Shown here piece after piece: positions 16,152 through 24,595 of a DNA stretch of 33,235 nucleotides. Below the pieces are notes generated by a model. The model ran no database searches. It had not been told where the DNA came from and saw only the letters and a list, made by a program, of their open reading frames with translations. Numbering within the stretch: position 1 is the first letter of the stretch; every line of letters starts with the position of its first letter. Made by a program: the position numbers and the translations under genes. Source of the stretch: an uncultured Candidatus Saccharibacteria bacterium (lineage in GTDB: Bacteria; Patescibacteriota; Saccharimonadia; Saccharimonadales; CAYGIR01); NCBI GenBank assembly GCA_964349985.1, contig CAYGIR010000002.1, positions 1 to 33,235 on the forward strand. The letters run 5' to 3'.

Positions 16152-16765
16152 TACGATTTTGCCTCTTTGATCATGACGATGCCTTTGCGAGGTCCAGGAA
16201 CGGCACCCGTAACACCAATCACGTTATTTTCCATATCAATTAAAGCGACCTTGAGATTACGTACCGTTACTCGTTCATCACCCATTTGGCCAGCCATTTT
16301 TTTGCCCTTAAATATTTTTTGTGGGTACATAGAGCCAATTGAACCTGGGCGTCGATATGAACCACCACCGTGTGTTTTTCGACCACGGTGGAAGTTGTGA
16401 CGTTTAATTGTCCCGGCCCAACCCTTACCCTTGCTGGTTCCAGTGACATGTACGGCGTCCCCAACATTAAAAACGTCGGCTGCGATTAGTGAGCCGACGT
16501 TTAGATCTGGTGAATGTTCGCTAATGCGGTATTCGCGCACAATCTTTGGAAGCATTTTAGATAATCTAAAATGCCCTGCCTGAGCTTTGCCGACTTTTTT
16601 GACCGATTCAGCACCGATCTGCACGGCAGTGTAGCCATCAACTTCGTCAGATTTAATCTGGGTCACAACATTTGGCGTTGCTGAAAGTAAAGTAACAGCC
16701 CGCATAACACCATCGTCCGCGATAGTGCTGGTCATGCCTAATTTTCTAACTATTAATGCCTTCAT
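16151..16765 (-). CDS. rplC: 50S ribosomal protein L3
   Basis: 204 aa. L3 motifs (VTGTSKGKGWAGTIKRHNF...GSIG). Confidence 0.97.
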   Translation of the reverse strand: MKALIVRKLGMTSTIADDGVMRAVTLLSATPNVVTQIKSDEVDGYTAVQIGAESVKKVGKAQAGHFRLSKMLPKIVREYRISEHSPDLNVGSLIAADVFNVGDAVHVTGTSKGKGWAGTIKRHNFHRGRKTHGGGSYRRPGSIGSMYPQKIFKGKKMAGQMGDERVTVRNLKVALIDMENNVIGVTGAVPGPRKGIVMIKEAKS

Positions 16766-16901
16766 TATCTTCCTTATGTTTGTACTGATCCTTGAGCGAA
16801 CTCTAATATACTTGATCTGTACGGGTTTTCATCTCTGTTACGGGGTAATTCGTAACGTGAACCTTGTAATCAAATCAAGAAGTCAATCTAAATTCCCTAA
16901 C

Positions 16902-16931
16902 AGAGTATCAAGAAACCTATACCTCTGTCAA
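16902..16931 (-). promoter_or_regulatory. candidate sigma70-type promoter upstream of rplC
   Basis: Minus strand TTGACA-N18-TACTCT in the 204-nt untiled spacer between orf95 and rplC. Confidence 0.35.
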
Positions 16932-16969
16932 GCTGTTGTTTATTCTACAAGCAGTTAAATTGTGAGCGA

Positions 16970-17257
16970 TCAGCGCAAAACGGTCAAAAACAATCCGGTC
17001 TGAGACCAGAAACCTATAAAACAGGCAATCAACAATATCGCCAATTCAATCTTACGGTCAATTTGAAAATGATCATGCATTGCAAATACCGTACCTATCA
17101 GCAAACCAACTGGAACGGGAATTTGTCTAGTTAAGGCTGGGTCGGTTAGTCTAATCCACTGCGCCCCCACGATCATAAACAATACAATTTTGAGCACATA
17201 TGTACCTTGTAGTTCGCTAGTTCTTTGTCGGGTTACTTTCTTATTTACTCTAGCCAT
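16970..17257 (-). CDS. small integral membrane protein (three predicted TM helices), unknown function
   Basis: 95 aa. Basic N-terminus MARVNKKVTRQR followed by three hydrophobic segments. No family recognised. Confidence 0.6.
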   Translation of the reverse strand: MARVNKKVTRQRTSELQGTYVLKIVLFMIVGAQWIRLTDPALTRQIPVPVGLLIGTVFAMHDHFQIDRKIELAILLIACFIGFWSQTGLFLTVLR

Positions 17258-17295
17258 AAGCAGATTATACAGGATGATTGACTTTTCCCTGTCAT
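17245..17295 (-). CDS. spacer sORF, 16 aa (second in the NUDIX-orf95 spacer)
   Basis: ATG lies 4 nt after the previous sORF stop. Peptide MTGKSQSSCIICLWLE. TAA overlaps orf95 by 13 nt. Confidence 0.25.
   Translation of the reverse strand: MTGKSQSSCIICLWLE
17264..17269 (-). promoter_or_regulatory. TATAAT hexamer 6 nt upstream of the orf95 ATG (possible leaderless start)
   Basis: Minus strand reads cctgTATAATctgcttATG. No convincing -35 hexamer. Confidence 0.25.
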
Positions 17296-17299
17296 GAGA

Positions 17300-17347
17300 T
17301 CATTCCTGATTGGCTGTACCCAGACGTAAAAGCCCTACATGTGGCAT
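17300..17347 (-). CDS. spacer sORF, 15 aa (first in the NUDIX-orf95 spacer)
   Basis: ATG abuts the NUDIX TAA (TAAATG). Peptide MPHVGLLRLGTANQE. Confidence 0.25.
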   Translation of the reverse strand: MPHVGLLRLGTANQE

Positions 17348-17824
17348 TTATGTAATAAGTTGGGACATTTTGGCACCCCGCAGGGCATGATGAAACTGTG
17401 AATGGAGCGGGGACGGAAGATTTGACAAATTGAACCATGCTATTTCGGTAATTTTGTGTGGCTCTCCAATTGTGACACGCTTTGGGTCGACTAAAACACC
17501 ATGTAATAGCCACACCCAGTGGGTTTTATAACCATCATGATTAACCCTATGCGCATCTCCGGCATGAATGAATTTGATCTCCAGAGCATCTACACACAGC
17601 TCCTCCATTACCTCACGTCGAATTGCCGCTTCAATTGACTCGCCAAATTCTAATGCTCCGCCACAGATATCCCAGTTACCGCGCTCATCACGGGCCTCTG
17701 GTCCGCGTTTCATCATAAGTATATTGCCCTTACCATCATGAATAATAGCCGTGACTGTGACCCCTACGTAGTCAATGCCACGCCTAAGATCAATACTATC
17801 ATCTACTATGGTTACACCGTTCAT
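17348..17824 (-). CDS. NUDIX family hydrolase
   Basis: 158 aa. Nudix box GALEFGESIEAAIRREVMEELCV fits GX5EX7REUXEEXGU except that Cys replaces the final Gly. Confidence 0.88.
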   Translation of the reverse strand: MNGVTIVDDSIDLRRGIDYVGVTVTAIIHDGKGNILMMKRGPEARDERGNWDICGGALEFGESIEAAIRREVMEELCVDALEIKFIHAGDAHRVNHDGYKTHWVWLLHGVLVDPKRVTIGEPHKITEIAWFNLSNLPSPLHSQFHHALRGAKMSQLIT

Positions 17825-17902
17825 CTATTAATCTTAACATGTATATATCTCTTCCGGCACCAATACCCACATTCCAACCTCAGACGAGCCGGGGTGCCAA
17901 GG

Positions 17903-18394
17903 CTACATCTTAATTTCAGCGTCGCAACCAGCAGGCAGTGATAGATTCATCAATGAATCGACAGTTTTTGGGGTAGGGTCGAATACGTCAATCAAGCGTT
18001 TGTGAACTCGCATCTCGAACTGTTCACGACCTTTTTTGAAGACGTGGGGACTTTTTACGACTGTAAAGATTGTCTTTTTTGTAGGTAACGGTATTGGTCC
18101 CGCGATTGTAGCACCGGTTCTGAGAGCGGTATCTACAATTTGTTTGGTCGATTGATCGATAACTTTGTGATCATATGCCTTTAATCGGATACGGATACGT
18201 TGACGCATCGCGGGTTCAGGCTTGGTTTGGACTGGTCGTCCGGACTTTGTTTTAGCGGTTACTATCGTGGGCTTCGTTTCTGTAACAGCTTCTACTGCAG
18301 CATCGTTTTCAGACGTGATTTTTTCTTTATTGCTTGCTATGTTCTTCTTGCTGATTGACTTTTTCTGAACCTTGGGCTCTTTCGATTCTACCAT
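17903..18394 (-). CDS. rpsJ: 30S ribosomal protein S10 with ~60 aa N-terminal extension
   Basis: 163 aa. S10 core ([22 protein letters not shown]...). The ATG at 18394 has AAGGAG 6 nt upstream. The internal Met at 18208 (canonical length) has no SD. Confidence 0.93.
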   Translation of the reverse strand: MVESKEPKVQKKSISKKNIASNKEKITSENDAAVEAVTETKPTIVTAKTKSGRPVQTKPEPAMRQRIRIRLKAYDHKVIDQSTKQIVDTALRTGATIAGPIPLPTKKTIFTVVKSPHVFKKGREQFEMRVHKRLIDVFDPTPKTVDSLMNLSLPAGCDAEIKM

Positions 18395-18424
18395 GACGTG
18401 CTCCTTCCGTTGGCACGAACCGAC

Positions 18425-18453
18425 AAATTACACACATCCGGCCTTACCGTCAA
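18425..18453 (-). promoter_or_regulatory. candidate proximal promoter for rpsJ
   Basis: Minus strand TTGACG-N17-TAATTT. The -10 hexamer ends about 30 nt upstream of the rpsJ ATG. Confidence 0.4.
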
Positions 18454-18551
18454 CTGCATACTGTCAGCTCTTCTATGCGGTGTAACATCTTTGTAGTATT
18501 ATTGAGAACACATACAACGACTTTTAATCACCACGATTAGTTTACCCATTA

Positions 18552-18581
18552 ATTATACTACAATCACACCCGTGCTGGCAA
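18552..18581 (-). promoter_or_regulatory. candidate distal promoter for rpsJ
   Basis: Minus strand TTGCCA-N18-TATAAT. It overlaps the GTG start proposed by the track for orf284. Confidence 0.4.
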
Positions 18582-19426
18582 CTTACTGGACATACTCAAC
18601 TAACACATTATTCCGCTATGCCAATGAAATGTTGGCATATTCTGTAAGGTTGTGGGATTATATTATTATGGAAGGAACGCCAAGCGGACCAGACCCATCA
18701 GACCCAAACTCGAAATTTAATATTCCAGATATTAACCAGATTAGAGAAGATTGGTTTGAACAAGAAAGCAAAATTATCGATTCTGTTTTTAAAGTTGTGG
18801 GTATTGTAGAAATAGGTGTTCCGGAATATTGCCAAGTACTATTCGATTCCGGAGAATTTACATTGGATGTCATACAGCAGTTATCAGGTCGCTGTGACGA
18901 TCCAGAAATTCGGATTTTCTGCACAGGTTTGTTTGGCTTGATCAATTTGACCCAACTGTGCGAGTTTCTAAACCAAGGACTTCTCGAGGCTTCAGAAATC
19001 GATGACACAATTGAGACTATACTAGCCAATGAATTCGCCAGCCCGGCAGAAACGACTCAGTGGGTGGGTGCGTTACGAGAAATTACGAACAGCCTGCCAT
19101 CTGAGTACAGAAAATCCAACCAAGAATGGGATATTATTGAAAATCAACTAAAAGCTGAGCAAGCTGTTGTCAAAAAAATCAATGAAAGTTTGGGCAGATT
19201 AGCAACAAAACAAGAACACATCACACAATTATTAGTATCAGTGCATGGGGAATACGACGACTGGGGCCAAATTGTCAGAAAACTACTTGGACTTGGCATA
19301 GTACAACTTCTCGCCCGGAGGCCGATTATTGATGATGATATTATTGATATCACCCGGGGAAAATTATCCCTGGATGAAGCCAAAAGAATAATCCAAACAG
19401 CTACGGATATGGAAGGCGATAGTTAG
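18572..19426 (+). CDS. hypothetical acidic protein (up to 284 aa), start uncertain
   Basis: The only long plus-strand ORF that is not a shadow of a minus-strand gene. Its composition is protein-like (Asp/Glu/Ile/Leu rich), whereas the opposite-strand ORFs here are Ser-rich shadows. The track start is a GTG at 18572; ATGs at 18629 or 18668 (MEGTPSGPDPSD...) are alternatives. No family recognised. Confidence 0.6.
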   Translation: MLATYWTYSTNTLFRYANEMLAYSVRLWDYIIMEGTPSGPDPSDPNSKFNIPDINQIREDWFEQESKIIDSVFKVVGIVEIGVPEYCQVLFDSGEFTLDVIQQLSGRCDDPEIRIFCTGLFGLINLTQLCEFLNQGLLEASEIDDTIETILANEFASPAETTQWVGALREITNSLPSEYRKSNQEWDIIENQLKAEQAVVKKINESLGRLATKQEHITQLLVSVHGEYDDWGQIVRKLLGLGIVQLLARRPIIDDDIIDITRGKLSLDEAKRIIQTATDMEGDS

Positions 19427-19444
19427 GAAGGTTTATACGAAAAA

Positions 19445-20626
19445 CTACACGCTGATTTTGGTAACCACACCAGCACCAACCGTACGCCCACCTTCACGAA
19501 TAGCGAAGCGCAAACCCTGCTCCATGGCAATTGGGGCTAATAATTTCACCTTGAACGTTATCGTATCACCGGGCATAACCATCTCTTTATCAGCCGGTAA
19601 TTCTACTTCACCCGTTACATCAGTTGTACGGAAGTAAAACTGCGGTTTATAGCCCTTGAAGAATGGAGTGTGTCGCCCGCCCTCTTCCTTGGTAAGAATA
19701 TACACCTCAGCGTCAAACTCTGTGTGTGGCGTAATCGAGCCTGGCTTGCACAATACCTGACCACGTTCGATATCATCACGTTCGATACCTCGGAGCAATA
19801 CTCCAACGTTATCGCCAGCTTGCCCTTGATCAAGGTTCTTTTTAAACATTTCGACGCCAGTCACAACAACTTTTCTGGTTGGACGAATACCAACAATTTC
19901 GACTTCTTCATTAACTTTAACAATTCCAGTTTCAACACGACCGGTAGCAACAGTGCCACGACCCTTAATTGAAAAAACGTCTTCTATAGGCATTAGGAAA
20001 GGCTTGTCTAATTCACGCTTGGGCTCTGGGATGAAGTCATCCATAGCTTTAACGAGTTCCATGATTGCATCTTCGTTGGATGCGTCTCCTTCTAGAGCTT
20101 TGGTTGCAGAACCCTTGATGATAGGCGCGTCCTCATCGTAACCATTCTTTTCTAGCAATTCCCGTATGTCCATTTCGACAAGTTCGATAAGCTCCGGATC
20201 CGCGAGATCCATTTTGTTCATGAAAACAACGATCTTAGGAACGCCAACCTGACGTGCCAAAAGCACATGTTCGCGTGTCTGAGGCAATGGACCATCATTC
20301 GCGCCTACCACCAAAATAGCACCATCGATCTGAGCCGCACCGGTAATCATGTTTTTGATATAATCAGCGTGACCTGGCATATCTACGTGAGCGTAATGAC
20401 GTTTTTCTGATTCGTATTCCTGATGGGAAGTCGCGATGGTAATACCGCGGGCTTTTTCTTCTGGCGCGTTATCGATTTCATCATATTTGATTGCTTTATT
20501 TACATCGCTTGGAAGTCTTTTTGCCAGCACGGCCGTAATTGCCGCCGTTAAAGTTGTCTTGCCATGATCAACGTGTCCCATCGTACCTACGTTAACGTGG
20601 GGCTTGCTTCTGTCAAAATCTGCCAT
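19445..20626 (-). CDS. tuf: elongation factor Tu
   Basis: 393 aa. [17 protein letters not shown] and NKMD GTPase motifs. AGGAGA SD. Confidence 0.99.
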   Translation of the reverse strand: MADFDRSKPHVNVGTMGHVDHGKTTLTAAITAVLAKRLPSDVNKAIKYDEIDNAPEEKARGITIATSHQEYESEKRHYAHVDMPGHADYIKNMITGAAQIDGAILVVGANDGPLPQTREHVLLARQVGVPKIVVFMNKMDLADPELIELVEMDIRELLEKNGYDEDAPIIKGSATKALEGDASNEDAIMELVKAMDDFIPEPKRELDKPFLMPIEDVFSIKGRGTVATGRVETGIVKVNEEVEIVGIRPTRKVVVTGVEMFKKNLDQGQAGDNVGVLLRGIERDDIERGQVLCKPGSITPHTEFDAEVYILTKEEGGRHTPFFKGYKPQFYFRTTDVTGEVELPADKEMVMPGDTITFKVKLLAPIAMEQGLRFAIREGGRTVGAGVVTKISV

Positions 20627-20693
20627 GAAATTTCTCCTAAAATTTATAGTTACTTTTTATGTGAAGTATAGAACTCACACGAGTTACCAAAGT

Positions 20694-20722
20694 ATATTAC
20701 CTGAGCCTCTCAGGAATGTAAA
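20694..20722 (-). promoter_or_regulatory. candidate promoter for tuf
   Basis: Minus strand TTTACA-N17-TAATAT. The spacer contains the palindrome CCTGAG-AGG-CTCAGG. Confidence 0.45.
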
Positions 20723-20755
20723 GAGTTGATTGAGTGTTTTTTCCCCAATATTGAA

Positions 20756-21175
20756 TTACGCATTCGATCTAATCAAAGACATACAAGCCGCCCCAACCAT
20801 ACAGATAACATCTTCAACTTTCCTCAGAATTTCCGGCGAGGCTTCAGGCCTGGTGTAAATCTGATCACCGACTATATATTCTACGCCCGGCTGATGACCG
20901 TCAACCCTGGTTATATTGATGATTTGATGCTGGACGACCTCTATGCTCCTATAGCTGGTAAAATCGATATGCTGAGTGTTACCGTCCATCCCGACAAAAA
21001 TTTGATGACTATTATGAGTCGTGCTAAAAAAATTATCAGGAAATTCCTCGGCGATCTGCGCAATTCTCAAGATCCGATGTTCGCCGGAAAGCTCTATGGT
21101 AGGTGTTGGTGCTCCTTTGATATCGTATTGGTTTGGCGGTCTCAATTTTTTACGAGACCATTTGAATAAATCCAT
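20756..21175 (-). CDS. hypothetical protein, 139 aa, between fusA and tuf
   Basis: Co-directional with the operon and starts 23 nt after the fusA stop. The equally long plus-strand ORF 20726-21169 is Arg/Cys/Trp-rich and looks like its shadow. No family recognised and the SD is weak. Confidence 0.5.
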   Translation of the reverse strand: MDLFKWSRKKLRPPNQYDIKGAPTPTIELSGEHRILRIAQIAEEFPDNFFSTTHNSHQIFVGMDGNTQHIDFTSYRSIEVVQHQIINITRVDGHQPGVEYIVGDQIYTRPEASPEILRKVEDVICMVGAACMSLIRSNA

Positions 21176-21198
21176 AGTATCTGAATCTCAAAACTCGG

Positions 21199-23286
21199 TT
21201 ACTTGGCGTTTTTGGCGATTATCGCTTCGGCTACATTATTTGGTACATCGGAGTAGTGATCTAGCTCCATGCTTGAGCTAGCACGACCCTGAGTGCTGCT
21301 ACGCAAATTGGTTGTGTAGCCAAACATCTCACCTAGGGGTACAAAAGCAGTTATTTCTTTGATCCCTGCGGACAGATCCTCGATGGATTCAATCCTACCA
21401 CGCTTAGAGTTTAAATCACCGATAACGTCACCCATAAATGATTCAGGAGTAACGACGACTACCTTCATGATTGGCTCTAACAAAACTGGATTTGCCTGTT
21501 TAACACCAGACTGGATAGCCATAGAACCGGCTATTTTGAAGGCCATTTCGCTTGAATCAACATCGTGATAGCTACCATCGTATAACTCCGCTTTGATATC
21601 AACGACAGGATAGCCGGCTATCACGCCATTATTCAGTGCCTCAATAATACCTTGTTCGACTGGTTTAATATATTCACTCGGGACAACTCCACCCTTGATA
21701 GAGTTGATGAATTCAAAGCCTTTCCCAGCTTCGTTCTGGCTAACTCGCAACCAGACATCACCATATTGTCCGCGTCCACCAGACTGTCGAATAAATTTAC
21801 CCTGAACTTCTACGCCATCTTTGCGGATTGTTTCACGATAGGCAACCTGTGGCTGACCAATGTTCGCCTCGACACTGAACTCTCGCTTCATTCTATCAAC
21901 TAGAATTTCCAGATGCAGTTCACCCATCCCACTAATGATGGTTTGTCCGGTTTCATCATCAACTCTGATACGGAATGTCGGGTCTTCTTCTGCTAACCTT
22001 TGTAGCGCGATTCCCATCTTTTCTTGGTCAGCTTTTGTCTTTGGCTCAATAGCAATAGACACCGGTGGCTCGGGGAACGTAATACTCTCCAGAACTATTG
22101 GATTATTTAGATCACACAGGGTATGTCCGGTGGTCGTGCCTTTGAGTCCGACAATCGCCGCAATATCTCCAGCGCCAACCTCCGTGACGTCAGTCCGTTT
22201 GTCCGCCTGTAAACGAACAATCCGCCCAATGCGTTCCTTTTCACCTGTGGAACTATTTAAAACATAAGAACCAGCAGCAAGCTTGCCGGAATAAACTCTA
22301 AAATAGGCCAGTTTTCCGACAAACGGATCCGTCGTAATCTTAAACGCAAGGGCCGAAAAGGGCTGGGACTCAGCTGGTTCGCGTTCAATTTCATCACCAG
22401 TTTTGGGATGCGTACCCCAAGTACTACCTCTATCCAAAGGACTTGGCAAATAATCGTTGACCAGGTCCAAGACTTTTTCAACAATCACGCCACGTCCATC
22501 GCCACCGGTGACGACAAAGAATTTGCCAGATAGAACCGCGGTACGAATTGCTTGCTTAATATCCGCCTCAGTAAGGCCTTCCTCGCCAACTTCGAAATAT
22601 TTCTCTAGCATTGCTTCGTCTTCCGCAACGGCATTTTCTATGAGCAGAGAACGATATTTTTTGACCTGATCCATCATATCCTCAGGAATATCCGTCTCCA
22701 CCAGAGCTTTATCGGTAAAGTCTTTGTAGATAAATGCTTTCATTGCGATCAAATCAACAATACCGTTAATTGATTGCTCGAAGCCAATCGGTAGGTGTAT
22801 GGGGAAGGCTCGTTTACTAAGTCTGGCGTGAATTGTATCAAGAGATTTATAAAAATCTCCACCAGTTTGATTGATTTTGTTAATAAAGCAGATCCGAGGA
22901 ACGCCATATTTATCAGCCTGTCGCCAAACTGTTTCACTTTGCGATTCAACACCCATTTTACCGTCAAATACCACACAGGCACCGTCCAACACTCGTAATG
23001 ATCGCTCTACCTCAACCGTAAAGTCAATGTGCCCAGGGGTATCAATTATGTTAATCTGATTACCTCCCCAAAAGCAGGTAACAGAGGCAGCGACTATTGT
23101 AATCCCACGCTCTCGCTCCTGAGCCATCCAATCCGTAGTAGTTTCACCCTCGTGAACAGCCCCGATTTTGTGATTCAACCCCGTTCGATACAAAATACCT
23201 TCGGTCGTCGTAGTCTTGCCAGCATCAATATGAGCAATAATACCCAAATTACGAATGTTCTTCATCTCAATTTTTTTATCAGCCAT
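21199..23286 (-). CDS. fusA: elongation factor G
   Basis: 695 aa. AHIDAGKTT, DTPGHIDF and NKINQ motifs, with EF-G domains IV and V. Confidence 0.99.
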   Translation of the reverse strand: MADKKIEMKNIRNLGIIAHIDAGKTTTTEGILYRTGLNHKIGAVHEGETTTDWMAQERERGITIVAASVTCFWGGNQINIIDTPGHIDFTVEVERSLRVLDGACVVFDGKMGVESQSETVWRQADKYGVPRICFINKINQTGGDFYKSLDTIHARLSKRAFPIHLPIGFEQSINGIVDLIAMKAFIYKDFTDKALVETDIPEDMMDQVKKYRSLLIENAVAEDEAMLEKYFEVGEEGLTEADIKQAIRTAVLSGKFFVVTGGDGRGVIVEKVLDLVNDYLPSPLDRGSTWGTHPKTGDEIEREPAESQPFSALAFKITTDPFVGKLAYFRVYSGKLAAGSYVLNSSTGEKERIGRIVRLQADKRTDVTEVGAGDIAAIVGLKGTTTGHTLCDLNNPIVLESITFPEPPVSIAIEPKTKADQEKMGIALQRLAEEDPTFRIRVDDETGQTIISGMGELHLEILVDRMKREFSVEANIGQPQVAYRETIRKDGVEVQGKFIRQSGGRGQYGDVWLRVSQNEAGKGFEFINSIKGGVVPSEYIKPVEQGIIEALNNGVIAGYPVVDIKAELYDGSYHDVDSSEMAFKIAGSMAIQSGVKQANPVLLEPIMKVVVVTPESFMGDVIGDLNSKRGRIESIEDLSAGIKEITAFVPLGEMFGYTTNLRSSTQGRASSSMELDHYSDVPNNVAEAIIAKNAK

Positions 23287-23588
23287 TATGTCTTAATTCC
23301 TGTCAATTTGTCTCTTTTATCAAATAGCGGTCGAAGTAAGGGTTCGGGAGTGAGAAGCTCTTCAGTCCTTAGTAAAACCGATAGCGCGATCTTCCCTATC
23401 ACATGTCTAAAAATAGTGGGGTTCATTCCTATGCCTGATTCGCGCGAAGCGTCAAATAGAATTCGATCTGGGGATGGAGGAGTTTTGGGTAAGTCGAGCA
23501 CAGTATCATGTGCCGCTCCTGGAATATCCTGAATCATACGGTCGATCGTATCTGTAACGGTTCTACAAAGATCTCCTCGAAAACTCAT
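23286..23588 (-). CDS. hypothetical protein, 100 aa, wedged between rpsG and fusA
   Basis: ATG lies 2 nt after the rpsG TAA, with GAGGT 8 nt upstream. Its TAA shares a base with the fusA ATG (TAATG). 100 codons without a stop. No family recognised. Confidence 0.55.
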   Translation of the reverse strand: MSFRGDLCRTVTDTIDRMIQDIPGAAHDTVLDLPKTPPSPDRILFDASRESGIGMNPTIFRHVIGKIALSVLLRTEELLTPEPLLRPLFDKRDKLTGIKT

Positions 23589-23590
23589 GA

Positions 23591-24070
23591 TTAATACCTC
23601 GCAAAGTGGGCAAAGGCCCTATTAGCTTCTGCCATCTTGTGCGTGTCTTCTTTTTTCTTAACCGCCACTCCGGTACCGTTATAGGCGTCGACGAACTCTA
23701 GTGCCAAGCGGTCTTCCATGCTCATACCCTTGCGTGATCGCGCGGCCGCGACAAACCACATCATAGTCAGGTGACTTTGACGCTGTCCGCTAACCTCAAA
23801 AGGGATTTGGTAATTCGCGCCACCCACGCGACGAGAACGCGTTTCCATTTGCGGACGAACATTCTTTAAGGCCTGATCAAAAACTTCTAACGGATTTTTA
23901 ACGTCTAACTTATCGGCGGCCTTTTGCATCCCGCCATAGACCAACCGTTCAGCCATCTGTTTTTTACCGTTGAGCATCACCCGATTAATGAGTCGCTGAA
24001 CCATAACGCTGTTATACGTACGATCCGGTTTAATATCTCTTATTAAGGATTTAGTGACTTTCCTGGGCAT
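23591..24070 (-). CDS. rpsG: 30S ribosomal protein S7
   Basis: 159 aa. MPRKVTKSLIRDIKPD start and GGANYQIPFEV motif. Confidence 0.98.
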   Translation of the reverse strand: MPRKVTKSLIRDIKPDRTYNSVMVQRLINRVMLNGKKQMAERLVYGGMQKAADKLDVKNPLEVFDQALKNVRPQMETRSRRVGGANYQIPFEVSGQRQSHLTMMWFVAAARSRKGMSMEDRLALEFVDAYNGTGVAVKKKEDTHKMAEANRAFAHFARY

Positions 24071-24071
24071 T

Positions 24072-24485
24072 TTATTTACCCTCCTTTTTAGTACCGTACT
24101 TACTACGACCCTGCTTGCGGTTGGCTACACCCTGAAGATCCAAAGACCCACGCACTATGTGATAACGGACACCAGGAAGATCTTTTACTCGGCCACCACG
24201 TATTAACACAACGGCGTGTTCTTGAAGATTATGACCCTCACCACCAATATAAGCCCATACCTCGTAGCCATTTGTTAAACGGACACGCGCCACCTTACGT
24301 AAGGCAGAGTTGGGCTTTTTAGGAGTTTTGGTAGTTACTTTAACGCAGACTCCCCGCTTAAATGGAGCTGGCTTATCGTAGTTACGTGTCTTTAGGCTGT
24401 TAGTAATACGTTGCATGGCGGGCGATTTGCTTTTGACAGTCACCTTTACGCGCGGATTACGCACTAATTGATTGATTGTTGGCAT
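24072..24485 (-). CDS. rpsL: 30S ribosomal protein S12
   Basis: 137 aa. [12 protein letters not shown] start and [19 protein letters not shown] motif. Confidence 0.99.
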   Translation of the reverse strand: MPTINQLVRNPRVKVTVKSKSPAMQRITNSLKTRNYDKPAPFKRGVCVKVTTKTPKKPNSALRKVARVRLTNGYEVWAYIGGEGHNLQEHAVVLIRGGRVKDLPGVRYHIVRGSLDLQGVANRKQGRSKYGTKKEGK

Positions 24486-24562
24486 ATTACTCCTTTGAGT
24501 TGTGATCTACTGCTGCGAGCGAATGCCGTCCGCCCGGCTCAGACCACTTATTTTATGATGGT

Positions 24563-24591
24563 ACTGTAACAGATATGCAAGACCCTGACAA
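24563..24591 (-). promoter_or_regulatory. candidate promoter for the str operon (rpsL)
   Basis: Minus strand TTGTCA-N17-TACAGT in the untiled 110-nt rpoC-rpsL spacer. Confidence 0.4.
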
Positions 24592-24595
24592 GAGT

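Noticed and set aside
17825-17902. Relay sORF in the rpsJ>NUDIX spacer
   Set aside because: One frame is open across the spacer and ends in an ATGA overlap with the NUDIX start. However, it has no ATG/GTG/TTG near the rpsJ stop; the only internal TTG would give 18 aa. It is not counted as a member.
20726-21169. Plus-strand 147-aa ORF opposite orf139
   Set aside because: It has Arg/Cys/Trp/Phe-rich composition, runs against the operon direction, and has no SD. The minus-strand frame is preferred, though with only moderate confidence.
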